A stretch of 63,843 nt of DNA, filler included, from Folioceros fuciformis (GCA_049999805.1; 6 parts of 6 records of this genome joined end to end with filler, not necessarily neighbours in it); one strand, 5' to 3'; counted from the first letter of the whole stretch, positions 1 to 12,321 are shown. The notes: generated from the sequence alone by a model not told the origin. Program-made: numbers and translations.

Positions 1-1080
1 CTTGGACTTATGCACAAATGCCTTGCACCCAAAGACATGCAAATGAGCAATGGAAGGCTTCCTTCCGGTCCAGCACTCTTCGGGTGTGATGCCCTCCAAT
101 GATGCAGTCACACTCCTATTTGTTAGATACACAGCAGTTGCAATAGCCTCACCCCAAAACTCATATCCCAATCCTCCATGGTGCAACATACTTCTTGCAC
201 ATTCTACCAAAGTTCTATTTTTGCGTTCTGCAACTCCGTTTTGTTGAGGACTATAAGGTGCTGAGAATTGATGAACAATTCCGTGCTCCTTGCAAAACAT
301 CTCAAATTCCTTGGACATGTACTCCCCTTCATTGTCACTTCGTAGAGTCTTGATCTTTCTCCCAATTTGGTTCTCCACAAATGCTTTGTACTCCTTGAAT
401 TTGGAGAAGCATGCCTCCTTGGATTTCAAAAAATACACCTTCGTATATGTAGACTTATCATCCGTGAAGGTAAGAAAATACTTAGCACCTCCTATGGATG
501 TAGTCTTCATGGGACCACAGATGTCTGTATGCACCACCTCTAACAAATGATTGGATCTACTTCCTTGCTTTGGAAATGGAAGGCGGTGTTGCTTACCCAT
601 AATACACCCTTTGCAAAGGCCAGTGTCTTTGTCTTCACCAAGATCGAGTCCTTGCACCATTTTCTTACGATCCATGAGCTTGATGTTTTGAACGCCAAGA
701 TGTCCTAGCCTTTGGTGCCATAAGAGCAACTTGTTAGTGTTCTTTTGTACCACATTTGCCTCCTCAATGCTCGACCTCGGCATGACAACGCTCCCACTCA
801 AGCAATAGAGCTTGCCAATCTTTTCTCCTTGTGCCCTCACTTCTCCGTGCACATTAGTGAAAGACACATTAGATCCTTCAAATCTCACTACCAATCCTAG
901 AAAGGTGGCTGCACTCATGGAAAACAAGTTCTTCCCCAAGCCTGGTACGTATAGCACCCTTTTCAACATCCCACGCACTACTCCGTTAGGTGTGGTCATA
1001 TCCATTGCCACAACACCTTCCCCCTCACACATTTGGATTGAATTATCACCCAAATAGATCTTGGTAGCAGCAATGGACTT
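1..1080 (-). pseudogene. Copia protease C-terminus, GAG-pre-integrase and integrase core (truncated by window edge)
   Basis: Minus-strand translation gives WHQRLGH, CKGCIMGKQHRLPF, VHTDICGP, FTDD, LRSDNEGEY, PQQNGVAERKNRTL. It is separated from gag by a TAA inside a duplicated 33-bp unit. Confidence 0.9.
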
Positions 1081-1119
1081 GAAAGATTAGAACCACTCAC
1101 GCCTATTGGTCATGAAAGA

Positions 1120-2057
1120 TTAGAACCACTCACGCCTGTTGGTCATGTGCTCCGTAGCTCCCGAATCAATGTACCATTCTTCGACTTGCTTGGAGGGATG
1201 ATGTGTGCACACAAAAGCTTCCTCATACTCTTCCACGAAGTTTCCTTGACTCTTTGCCTTCTCATCTCGATCTCTCTTGAAGCAATTCCTTGCAAAATGT
1301 CCAACCTTGCCACAGTAATTGCAAGTGAGATTAGATCTACGATTTCTCCCCGTGAATGAAGAGGCCTCCGTTTGTTTCACAAGGTTGGCTGATCCGTCGC
1401 CAATCTTCTTGGTCACAAAGGCTGATTCTTCCGATGTCTTCCCCTTCTCCTTTCGTTTGGTCTCCTCGTGGAGTAGTCTTCCCACAACAATCTCAAATGT
1501 AAGAGCATCTACTCTTGATTCTAAAGCTACAATCAAATTGTTATATGACTCCGGCAAGCTTGCAAGAAGAGTCATCAGAAGGTCATCATCCGTCACAGGA
1601 GCTCCAATGACTGCCAATTGTTGGGAAAGACTCCTCACCTTGTCTACGTGCTCAATCACACTATCACTCTCACCCATTTGAATGGAAAAGAATCTACGCC
1701 TTAAGAACAAGCGATTCACAAGGCTCTTGTTCTCATACAAAGCCTCTAATTTCAACCAAGCCTCTCTTGCTGATTTGCAAGTGGTCACATGCATCAATTG
1801 TGCATCTTCTAAGTTGAAACAAATATTTGCAAAGGCCTTGCCTGCAAGCTCATCCCACTTGGGCTGTCTCTCCGCTTCATTTGGACGCTCCTCGGTCCCC
1901 GACACAATTCTGCAAAGGCCTTTTTCAGCCAACAACATTTGCATCTTGAACTTCCACAAGTTGAAGTTGTCACCTCCAAACTTTGAGATAACTTGTAGAG
2001 TGACGGTCCCTTTGAGATAACTTGTAGAGTGACGGTCCCTTGGGTGTGTGGGCCCAT
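1120..2057 (-). pseudogene. Copia gag plus protease N-terminus
   Basis: ORF 1120-1959 has a Copia gag (UBN2-type) region, CCHC knuckle and WYIDSGATEHM. The N-terminus MGPHTQGTVTLQVISK starts at 2057 and is frameshifted by a 29-bp tandem duplication. Confidence 0.9.
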
Positions 2058-2061
2058 AACC
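2049..2061 (-). promoter_or_regulatory. Primer binding site complementary to an internal (half) fragment of initiator tRNA-Met
   Basis: GGTTATGGGCCCA directly after the LTR 3' CA. This matches the half-tRNAiMet PBS type known from Drosophila copia and the plant Osser/Bryco lineages. Confidence 0.85.
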
Positions 2062-2466
2062 TGTTGAGATGTCACCCCCGCCATGCTCAAAGGAGGTTAA
2101 AACAAGTTAGTTGAAGCAAGATGCAGAATCCCAAAACTAAGAGCACTATAACAAGGCTCTTAAACTCAAATAAAAAGGAGAATTACAAAAACAACACAAT
2201 ACAAGTCAAGAGGGAGTTAGACTACACATAGAGGGAGTTAGACTACACATACTAAGTGGGTTCATCCCTTCTTTTATGGACCTATGGGTGGCACTCTCAT
2301 TTCGTGCTCAATATGGGATAAATGACCCCAAACCCTACAATACTTTTTTTGCCTAACATAGCAAAGTCTAATAAGCTATATATATATATTAATCATAACC
2401 TTAATCACTCTTACCACTAATTAGTACAAACTCAATAAGCTGGATTAGCACTAATTAATCTCAACA
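2062..2466 (-). repeat. 5' LTR of the Copia element (405 bp)
   Basis: TGTTGAGAT...ATCTCAACA 9-bp inverted termini, adjacent to the PBS. Confidence 0.85.
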
Positions 2467-2480
2467 TTAATTATGCTTAA

Positions 2481-4721
2481 CACTAAGGTCCAACAACAAC
2501 TAACATACGTCCATTCTAGGCTTCCCTACCATACGTCCATTCTAGGCTTCCCTACCATACGTCCATTCTAGGCTTCCCTAAGGTCTCTAACATACGACCC
2601 TAAGGTCCAACAATAACTAACATACGTCCCTAAGGTCCAACAACAACTAACATACGTCCATTCNNNNNNNNNNCTAAGGTCCAACAACAACTAACATACG
2701 TCCATTCTAGGCTTCCCTACGTACCGTTGGGCTTACAACTAACAGACGAGTCTCAATTCTGCGTCCATTCTAGGCTTTCCTACGTGCCGTTGGGCTTACA
2801 ACTAACTGGGCTTCCCATTCTAGGCTTCCCTACGTACCATTCTAGGCTTCCCATTCTAGGCTTCCCTACGTAGGAAGCCCAGGCTTCCCTAAGTACCATT
2901 CTAGGCTTCCCTACGTACCGTTGGGTTTACAACTAACTGGGCTTCCCATTCTAGGCTTCCTTACGTACCGTTGGGCTTACAAGGATCTGAGCTTCCCTAC
3001 GTACCGTTGGGCTTACAACCAACTGGGCTTCCCTACGTACCGTTGGGCTTACAACCAACTGGGCTTCCCTACGTACCGTTGGGTTTACAACTAACTGGGC
3101 TTCCCTACGTACCGTTGGGCTTACAACTAACTGGGCTTCCCTACGTACCGTTGGGCTTACAACGAACTGGGCTTCTCTACGTACCGTTGGGCTTACAACT
3201 AATTGGGTTTATGGCTTCCCGTTTCGGGCTCGTAGGGCTTACAACATATGGCTTACAACTAACTGGGTTTATGGCTTCCGTTTCGGGCTCGTAGGGCTTA
3301 CAACATATGGCTTACAACTAACTGGGTTTATGGCTTTCCGTTTCGGGCCCGTTGGGCTTACAACATATGGCTTCCCGTTTTGGGCCCGCTGGGTTCCGGC
3401 TGGGTTTACAACAACTACTAACTGGGTTTATGGCTTCTCGTTTCGGGTATGTTGGGCTTACAACATATGGCTTACAACTAAATGGGTTTATGGCTTCCCG
3501 TTGGGCTTACAACATATGGCTTACAACTAACTGGGTTTATGGCTTCCCGTTTCGGGCCTTGGCTGGGTTTACAACAACTAATTGGGTTTAAGGCTTCACG
3601 TTTCGGGCCCGCTGGGTTCCGGCTGGGTTTACAACAACAGCTAACCGGGTTTATGGCTTCCCGTTTCGGGCCCCGGCTAGGTTTACAACAACAACTAACT
3701 GGGTTTATGGCTTCCCGTTTCGGGCCCCAGTTGGGTTTACAACAACTAATTGGGTTTATGGCTTCCCGTTTGGGGTCCGCTGGGTTCCGGCTGGGTTTAC
3801 AACAACAACTAATTGGGTTTATGGCTTCCCGTTTCGGGCCCGCTGGGTTCCGGCTGGGTTTACAACAACAACTAAATGGGTTTATGGCTTCCCGTTTCGA
3901 GCCCACTTGGTTCCGGATGGGTTTACAACAGCAACTAACTGGGTCTATGGCTTCCCGTTTCGGGCCGGCTGGGTTTACAACAACTAACGGACGGGAGCTA
4001 GGTTTATGACTTCCCACTTCGGGCCCGCTAGGTTCCGGCTGGGTTTACAACAACTAAAAGACGGGAGCTGGGTTTATGGCTTCCCGTTTCGGGTTCCCGT
4101 TGGGTTTACAACAACAACTAACTGGGTTTATGGCTTCCCGTTTCGGGCCCACTGGGTTCCAGCTGGGTTTACAACAACTAACGGACGGGAGCTGGGTTTA
4201 TGGCTTCCCGTTTCGGGTTCCGGCTGGGTTTACAACAACTAACNNNNNNNNNNTTTATGGCTTCCCGTTTCGGGTTCCGGCTGGGTTTACAACAACTAAC
4301 GGATGGGAGCTGGGTTTATGGCTTCCCGTTTCGGGTTCCCGCTGGGTTTACAACAACAACTAACTGGGTTTATGGCTTCCCGTTTCGGGTTCCCGCTGGG
4401 TTTACAACAACAACTAACTGGGTTTATGGCTTCCCGTTTCGGGTTCTCGCTGGGTTTACAACAACAACTAACTGGGTTTATGGCTTCCCGTTTCGGGTTC
4501 CCGCTGGGTTTACAACAACAACTGGGTGGCAACTAACCATAGCTGGGTGGACGGGAGCTAGGTTTACAACAACAACTAACCATAGCTGGTTGGACGGGAG
4601 CTGGGTTTACAACAACAACTAACCATAGCTAGGTGGACGGGAGCTGGGTTTACAACAACAACTAACCATAGCTGGGTGGACGGGAGCTGGGTTTACAACA
4701 ACAACTAACCATAGCTGGGTG
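2481..4721. repeat. Composite tandem repeat / satellite array with units drifting through 36, ~63, 54 and 43 bp
   Basis: Units such as GTACCGTTGGGCTTACAACTAACTGGGCTTCCCTAC (36 bp) and GCTTCCCGTTTCGGGTTCCCGCTGGGTTTACAACAACAACTAACTGGGTTTATG (54 bp) share an ACAACTAAC core. Confidence 0.95.
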
Positions 4722-4821
4722 NNNNNNNNNNNNNNNNNNNNNNNNNNNNNNNNNNNNNNNNNNNNTTAATTAATTAANNNNNNNNNNNNNNNNNNNNNNN
4801 NNNNNNNNNNNNNNNNNNNNN
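4722..4821. other. Artificial scaffold-joining spacer
   Basis: 44 N + TTAATTAATTAA (stops in all six frames) + 44 N. Confidence 0.97.
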
Positions 4822-6378
4822 AATCTAACGTGTTAGGGACAGTATACGTGCACACACACACCTCCCTTATATTTTATACAATTGATACATATTTCATACG
4901 TATATAGTATACATATTCCCGTGTTTCTTTTCTTTTTATTTTCCTAATTTCCTTTTTCTATTTTCACCCCTATTTTTTGGAGTTTATTCCAGAAATTCCA
5001 ACTGAGCTCTATTTCACCTGCTTTCTTCTCCTCACGGTTCGGGATCAGCTTTCCATGGTCGAGGAACCATTTTGGCTGGAAACCAATTCTACTGAATAAG
5101 TTGCCAATTTCAGGCCCAATTCCGGCTGCTAACCCCACTTCTTCCCACCTCTTCTCTATCTTCTCCCACTGCGCACACTCCTCCTGTGCAGGCAGGCTCC
5201 ATTATTAAGTGGGAACAGTTGCAGGGGAAGGCTTTGCGGGCAGCCATCCAGCAAGGAAGAGGCGGCGTCCGCTAGAACTTTGAAGATTAGGCATCCTTCA
5301 AAGTCTCAGGGTTGTTTAAGAGGTGGTAGATACTTGTGGTGGTAGGGTTAGCAAGTTGTAGGGCCAACTCATTGGTGGCAGGATGTGCTAGGAAAGTCTA
5401 TATAAGTGGTTGGTCACAGCTGGCTAGGCTAGTGATCCTATTAAAATAATATTTTCATGCTAGAGAGAGGTGAAGTTAGAGAGAGAGAGGCTTCTTTAAG
5501 ATTAGGTGAGCCTGTAGGAGGCAGGTTGTCACTTTGCGAGTTCTCTCAGGCTGTCCCTACTTGGAGACAGTAGTGTGTGCCGGTTGTGCATGTGTGCAGC
5601 GTTTGGTAAAGCTTTGAGAAGTGGTGGCCAGGGTTAAGAGCGGGGTCCCTTTTAATTCTTGATTGTGCTCTCCGTGTTGTGTTCCCATGATATGTCATTC
5701 TCGTTTCCTCGTAGGGCTAGAGTGAGTGCCGACCATGCTTGCATGGTGTTTGGTAGGATCGTGGGTGGCGGCATGCTTTTCTTTGGGGTTAGTCTAGTGA
5801 CTCTTGCTAGGTAGGGGGAGTGAATAGGGACATGTAGGAGGTAGTGGTGACGTTGCTGATTGCTAGTTGCTGGTGTTGAAGTGAGTGAAGTGAGTGATGA
5901 AAGTTGCAGATTTAAGAGGTTAGTGTCGTTGTAATGATTGGAGTGAGTTTGTGGGCACCAAGAGAGGTGCAATTTACCGCTGGATAGCAAGGATTGTCCC
6001 ACACCTTATTGGAGCTGGAGGGGAGCCCTCGAATCCGTCATTGAGTCGATTGAGTCCGACCCTCCATCCACAGCAGCTAGGAACCCCATCGCTCCTTCGT
6101 GGGAACAAAACTCAATGTCTCAACAACAATGGGATAAGTGTGGCCGCTAAAGGTTGAACCCGTTGGCAAACAATGCCCGGGGTTTTGCCACCACAACAAG
6201 ACCATGGGTCAGTAAATATACTTGTAGACAATTTGTCTAACCTTATTGCTAACATTCTGTGACTCTGTTGTTGAAGATACATGTGCCGGAGGTCTAGATA
6301 AACAAACCCATAAAGGTTAGTCATTTTTAGTATCTTAGTGTTTTGGGAGTAGCTAACCTAGAATACAAAAGAGGAAAA

Positions 6379-8272
6379 ATGGTTGATCCCTCATCTAGCT
6401 ATGGTGGGGAAGGGTTTAGGGAAAATGATAGATTTGGTGGGTATGATTACGATATATGGGTAATCTGAATGCGTGGAGCTTTACAAAATAAAAAGCTTTG
6501 GAAGATAGATGTTAGTGATGAAGACTTCCCAACTACTACCACCACACCTACCACTGCTGAAAAGATTAAACAGGACGAATGGGTGGCTAAAGATGAAGCT
6601 GCCATGTTCCTCGTCCAGAGTGGTTTAACCTTTGATATGCTGAGGCACACATCCAGATGTAAAACCTCAGCAAAAATCTGAACACAACTTCGGGACCTAT
6701 ATTCAGGTAGCAACACAATGAGTCAGTTGAAAGCCTTGCGTAATTTACAGAATTGCAAGATGAAAGATGGAGAATCAGTAGAGAAGCACCTTGGTCATTT
6801 CAGAACACTTGTCTCCAAACTGGAGAGTGCCTCAAATGAGAGTGTCAAAGAAGATATGCTAACCTTATACTTCTTACTATCTCTCCCAGAATCAGGGTCA
6901 CATTTTGTGACATATTTTAATGCTTCATATCTTCAAACCTCAAAACTGGCAAAGGCAGCGAATGCTACACTTCCTGAAACCACCTTTGTAGAGGTAGTGG
7001 GAGCATTGCTCCAAGAAGAAACAACAAGAGGTTCTAGTAAATGTTCTGGAAAACAGCAAGCCCTCTACACATCCAATAGGGGTCATGGGGGAGGAAAACC
7101 CTACAGTAGAGGTGGAGGCAATACATCTAGAGGTGGTGGCTCACAAGGATAAGGAGCCAATGAAAGAAAACTCAAAAGAACAGGAACTTGTAACTGGTGC
7201 AAGTTACCTGGTCATTGGGAACATGAGTGTAGAAAGAAGCAATCTAGTGTTCCTCACAAGGAGGGTTCATCAATTGTTGAGACTCATGAGGTTGTGAAGA
7301 AACAACCTACCCCCTCTGCCCTCACTATAGGTACGAGAGTCTTTGCAAGTTCATACTTGCATCCTGCTTGTCTGTCAACAAAATTGAAGGTAAGCCAAGC
7401 TGTAGATTGGTACTTAGATACAGGTGCTATAGCACACATTTGCTTTGACGAAGGATCTTTTCAAACATATTAGTCAGTTAAGGATCAATACGTTTAAAAC
7501 ACCTGGGAGATGACAGATCCTTAGTATCACCTAGCCGTGGCACAATAGACTTATTAGTTCTGTGAGGTGCAGTACTAATACTGCATGACGTTTACTATGT
7601 GCCAGACATGACTAGAAATCTAATCTCAGTCAGAAAGTTGAATACTGACAATAACTGTCACATGCTATTCACGAGAACTGAGTGTCAACTGCTGGATGCA
7701 TTTGACCATAGAATAATACTTGCCTATGGTTCTGAAGATCATGATTTATTTCGTCTTCATACAAGTAGTGGTCCTCCAACCTCTCACTTCGCTCAAGATG
7801 TCACCACTGTACCTACACAACAAATAGACAAGTCTAAGTTATGGCATGCAAGACTAGGTCACCCTCACACAGCAGAACTACATAGGTTAGCTGTTAGTGA
7901 CCTATATCAAGATGGACCAATTGGAACGTTGGCTCCACTCCCACTTTGCAAGTCCTGTGTTCTTTCTACAAGACATCAAGCTGCTTTTAAGAATAAAGCA
8001 CCTCACAGGGCTTCATAGGTTTTAGAACTTGTGCACACACATTTGTGTGGCCCACTTTCATAAGAATCCATAGCAGGTGGGAGATATTTCCTTACTTTTA
8101 CAAAGGACAAAAACATGTTTGTCACTACCCACATTATGAAACAAAAAAGTGAGTGCTTTAGACATTTCAGAGATTATCTAAAGTATGCTGAAAGGTGGAC
8201 TGGAAAGCGGCTAAAAACCTTGAGATTATATAATGGGGGAGAGTTTACCTCCAATGAATTTCAGGCTTTCTG
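6379..8272 (+). pseudogene. Degenerate Copia gag-protease-integrase (N-terminal half)
   Basis: MVDPSS..FRENDRFGG..YDIW, knuckle CNWCKLPGHWEHEC, WYLDTGA, LWHARLGH, VHTHLCGP, LRLYNGGEF. Several stops. Cut at 8272 by an LTR. Confidence 0.88.
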
Positions 8273-9533
8273 TGTGGTTGAAACCACCAAGGGGCCACAC
8301 TTCCCCTTATTATCGTTGCAGTCTTATGATTCGCTCCCAAGGGAGTGAACTAATGTCAAGGTTACCTACATCTCCCTAATCTCACCCTATCTATCAGCAC
8401 ATACCAAGTGCTATAGCAATAGGTCATAATTCTCGGTCCTGTCTTCGGCTCCTACCACAAAACCAACCCCAGCCTCAACAAAATGAGAACTCCAGCATTN
8501 NNNNNNNNNNNNNNNNNNNNNNNNNNNNNNNNNNNNNNNNNNNNNNNNNNNNNNNNNNNNNNNNNNNNNNNNNNNNNNNNNNNNNNNNNNNNNNNNNNNC
8601 TTCCAAAATCTGCAACTCAACCCTTCTCTCCTGCAATTTGGAACACAACAGCCTTCCCTCTTGCAGCCTTCAAGGCAAAGGCGAGGCCTAGGGCTGGGTA
8701 GCCTCCTTGGCTCACGGCCCTGCAACCTCACCTCAGCCAGCATGCAAGGTGGTCAGCCATTGCGGATCCGGCCACACGAATCTTGGCAGTCTTGGGATCC
8801 TCCACGTTCCCCTAGTGGCAAGGGAAATCAAGACCTTGGTTTAGTCTCAACCAGCTCAGCGCCCTAAGCCAGGAGTTCTGCACCCAAGGTCCAGGGAAAT
8901 CGCACCGTAGACAGCCCCTCCTCAATGGCAGGTCTAGCCTCTTATACTACCTTGGCCCAAACCTCCATCTCTATCTCTTAGGGTTAGCCTCAATCAACCA
9001 CCCAACAATCTCTCTCTGACCTAAGCCGGCCCTAATTCTGACCTAAACCTAACTCTGACCTAAGCCGGCCCTAATTCTGACCTAAACCTAACTCTGACCT
9101 AAGCTGGCCCTAATTCTGACCTAAACCTAACTCTAACCTAAGCTGGCCCTAATTTTGACCTAAACCTAACTCTAACCTAAGCCGGCCCTAAGTCTGACCT
9201 AAACCTAACTCTGACCTAAGCCGGCCCTAATTCTGACCTAATAGGTGTTGTGTCCCATGGACACCACTGGGTGCCCTTACCAAAATTGACCAACCTCTGA
9301 AGACTACCAAAATGGTCAGTGCCTCTCAACACTCTCCCTCCTCTCTCAAATCATTCCATCCCTTCTCTCAGATCATTCCAGCAACCCTTCAAAGATGCGT
9401 CTCGCCTTACCATTAATCTAGCTACTACTCTAACCTAATCTTTTAACCATTTCACCATAGGGTTCCCTTAGAGATTCCCAAAAAGAGAAATCCTACCATT
9501 TTCCAAGGACCTATTCAGCATGTGGAGTCCACA
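8273..9533 (-). mobile_element. Gypsy LTR (family A, short version, contains a gap)
   Basis: TGTGG...CCACA termini. Both ends and an internal ~170-bp block match the LTR at 38911-44791. Contains a 39-bp tandem array at about 9017-9240. Confidence 0.85.
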
Positions 9534-10235
9534 GTAACCTAACATGAGAAGCTTTTTAGCCTTATCTGACAATTTTTTCCTCTTCTCCTGAGGTATGAAG
9601 GCATAAGCCACACAACCAAAAGTTCGCAAGTGTTGAACCGATGGTTTGCGACCTGTGAAGGCCTCATAGGGGGTTTTACCTACAACAAAAGTTGTGGGTA
9701 ACCTATTTCTAAGTTATGTTGAAGTCATAATGGCTTCTGCCCAATATGACAAGGGAAGTTGAGCAGAATGTAGCAGCGAAGATGTCATTTCCTGCAAAGT
9801 TAGGTTTAGTCAATTAGCAACTCCATTCTGTTAAGGGGTATAGACAACTGTTAGTTGTCGACCAATGCCTGGTGCAAGTTTCACTCCACAAGGCAACAGC
9901 AGACGGGAAAGGAAGCTCTTTTTGTTTGGCAAGCACGCAAGAATCACAGAAGGCAAGTTCTTTAAAGCACTTGGGCAAAGGCTCTCTGTAACATTCCGTG
10001 CTGGACATCTTAATAAGCTTATTCTTATTAGCATGTCCCAAACAAGCGTGCCAAAGTTGTGCTAGTGCTTACTGTGTTTTGGCAGCCACAAAAGCACTGT
10101 GAGGAGATTGGTAACATAAGTCCAATTGATATAAGTCATCGACCAAGAGCCCTTGAGCAACAAGATCACGGGCACCCTTATATTTGAGAGTGCAGCCCTC
10201 ATCTGCAACTAGAAGATCAAACTCACGAAGTCTGA
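9534..10235 (-). pseudogene. Copia GAG-pre-integrase/integrase fragment (its protease end is at about 11012-11150)
   Basis: LWHACLGHANKNKL..CDSCVLAKQKELPFP, NGVA, YWAEAIMT, TPYEAFTGRKPSVQHLRTFGC. Upstream piece reads HEKVWLGDELTRTGLK...DHVLYVP. Confidence 0.8.
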
Positions 10236-11154
10236 CATGGTATCAGAGCTCATGTCTAGATTTATATAGTATCCATATACACTCATATGTGATGACAAGT
10301 ATGTCGTAACTCCGAAGTCTAAACGTAATCCATATTTTATATTTTCTATGAAATATGGATTCCATGTAGAAAAGGAGACTACAAAATCGTCATATATATA
10401 GTTTAGGAGTTTTACTTATCAGAGATTAGGCAAAAATGCCTCATCGCAATTTTGAAAGGCGTATTGTGTTTTCCAAAAATGCCAGATTTGAATGTCCCGC
10501 GTTTTGGGAACAGAACCCCTGCATAACTCCGAGAACCACTAATCTCCATCGTGCAAGGAACCAACAACATCAGAATCGCAACTGTGCTTCACCTTGACAG
10601 CCTGAGAGATCTCGTTGATAGGAGTCCAACCAACAAGAGCCACCTTGTCTTTTCCTGCACCGACGATTTCTTCTCAGTCATCCGTAAAGAAGTCACTCTG
10701 CGACCAGGTGACATCAAAACCCTGCAAATTCAAGTGCAGAACCTTATCAACCGGAACGAAAGACATGATCATCTCACTTTTGGAGCGTCTTCTTCTGGGG
10801 AATAATCTCAGGATTCAACGTCGAGCCCACGACCTTGGATCAATTCATCATCAATCTCTGCTTTGAAACGCATGCCTGGTTGCGAAATCCAGCAATCATC
10901 ATCGCTGGAGAGCATACTGCAAAAAGGAGAGATGTGAAGAGGCACGATTCATTGCTCATGCCTCTCTGTCAAGTTACAGCGTGGAAGGCATTTTCCAAGC
11001 AAGGCCGAATCGGTACGTAGAGAACGTGGTCCAAGTGAAGCGTTGAGCCATCTTTGCGTCAGAAAGTGCAGGATCCTGTGCCGAAGATCTTCAAACCTGT
11101 ACGGGTAAGCTCATCTCCCAACCAAACTTTCTCATGAGTACGTGCTGGAGTGCA

Positions 11155-11460
11155 GGTTAGTCTTTTCAGAACTAGGGATTCCACTCCCCACATGCACGAC
11201 TATCTACACCAACAATCAAGGCTCAATGGCATTAGCCAAGAACCTTGTGTTTCATTCACGAACGAAGCACGTAGAAGTTGAATATAAGAGAACTGGTGGG
11301 AGTAGGAACCATAGCACTTGAGTATTTATCGACACAAAGCAACCCAGCAGACATTCTCACAAAGGCACTTAGTAGAGATGCTCACCAAAGACACATTCAA
11401 TGCTTAGGTATGGGAGAGTCAGAAGCTCTCTTATCCGACAGCAGCAGTAGTTCAGTATAA
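11155..11460 (+). pseudogene. Copia RNase H C-terminal fragment
   Basis: ELGIPLPTCTTIYTNNQGSMALAKNLVFHSRTKHVEV...NPADILTKAL. Confidence 0.85.
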
Positions 11461-11589
11461 TTCTCTAAGGCCTAGAAACGCGAGTCGAAGCTACCATGGT
11501 CAGAAGGGTAGCCAAAGTCCACTAATTGTCTAGAACGCATAGACTCGGGTTCGGACTCCTCCTCTTCCTCGTAGGAGTCGTGGCCATAA

Positions 11590-12321
11590 CTACTGGAAGG
11601 GGAAGAAAATTTTCTCATCTAGTCTTGGAGAGTTGCGGCGACAACGTTCTTCATACGAAATCCGTTCTTCAGACTCAAGATCAGCTTCTTCTTCAAGTCT
11701 TATGTTAGACCCTGTATAGAAGAAGTGGGAGCAAACGTAAGATATCATCACAAGATAGAATAACAGGAGCAACCAAAACAAGAAAGGTTCATAGATGCTC
11801 ACTATATATGCTAACAACATGATCTGGATCAAATTTGCAGCCATGCACGTGAACCCTTTTCATGGTGATCTCAGTACAACCTAGCCAAACCTTATACCAT
11901 ACAGGTGAGCGAGGATGCTTTATATTCCCACAACTGACAATTCTTGTTTCACAATTTGTGTCAGTAGGTTTAGGGAACACAACAGGTAAAGCAGAACGAG
12001 ACTCATCATCAAAATAGGTAAAATTAGGTTGCTTCGGCTTCGGAAGAGGTTTAGCCGTCGCCTTTGCCTTAGGCACAGGTGGGGTAGAAGGGCAACCCAT
12101 GTCGTAACCGGCTTTAAACGCAATAGCCTCAGTAGTCTTGCGCCGCTCCAGGAACTCCTTTGTAGTTCCCTTGGGTCTTCCCACTCCCCGCTTCACATCT
12201 CTCGCAGTAGTTGGTGTCGAAGCTCCAAGAGTTGTAGTTGTCTAGCGGCAAACCGTCCCTTGGAATCCCATGGCTAATGGCGCTTAGGATTGGGCCCGTA
12301 ATCGCAATATGAGGAAGACAT
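11590..12321 (-). pseudogene. Spliced antisense accessory gene downstream of Copia RNase H (copy 1; intron 11712-11802), unknown function
   Basis: GTGAGC donor and CTTCTTCTATACAG acceptor join ORF 11789-12196 to ORF 11590-11844 in frame (..KVWLG..HVVSIY-R-SNIRLEEEADLE..). AT-hook-like RGVGRPKG present. The 5' part has a stop and a frameshift. Confidence 0.6.

Larger units (their letters stand above)
1..2466 (-). mobile_element. Ty1/Copia LTR retrotransposon, 5' half (LTR, PBS, gag, protease, integrase), half-tRNAiMet primed (Osser/Bryco-like)
   Basis: LTR 2062-2466, then PBS GGTTATGGGCCCA. Gag has the zinc knuckle CNYCGKVGHFARNC, protease has WYIDSGA, and GAG-pre-integrase and integrase follow, running off the left edge. 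Confidence 0.92.

Noticed and set aside
2971-4622. Repetitive ORFs (MASRFG..LGLQQQ) and a CRISPR-like look
   Set aside because: These are translations of a satellite with units divisible by three. There are no unique spacers and no cas genes.
4766-4777. TTAATTAATTAA as a PacI site or regulatory palindrome
   Set aside because: It is always centred in exactly 44+44 Ns, so it is an assembly linker.
11100-11135. KVWLG motif as a further antisense-gene copy
   Set aside because: The context (GDELTRTGLK..HVLYVP) is Copia protease, so the match is coincidental.
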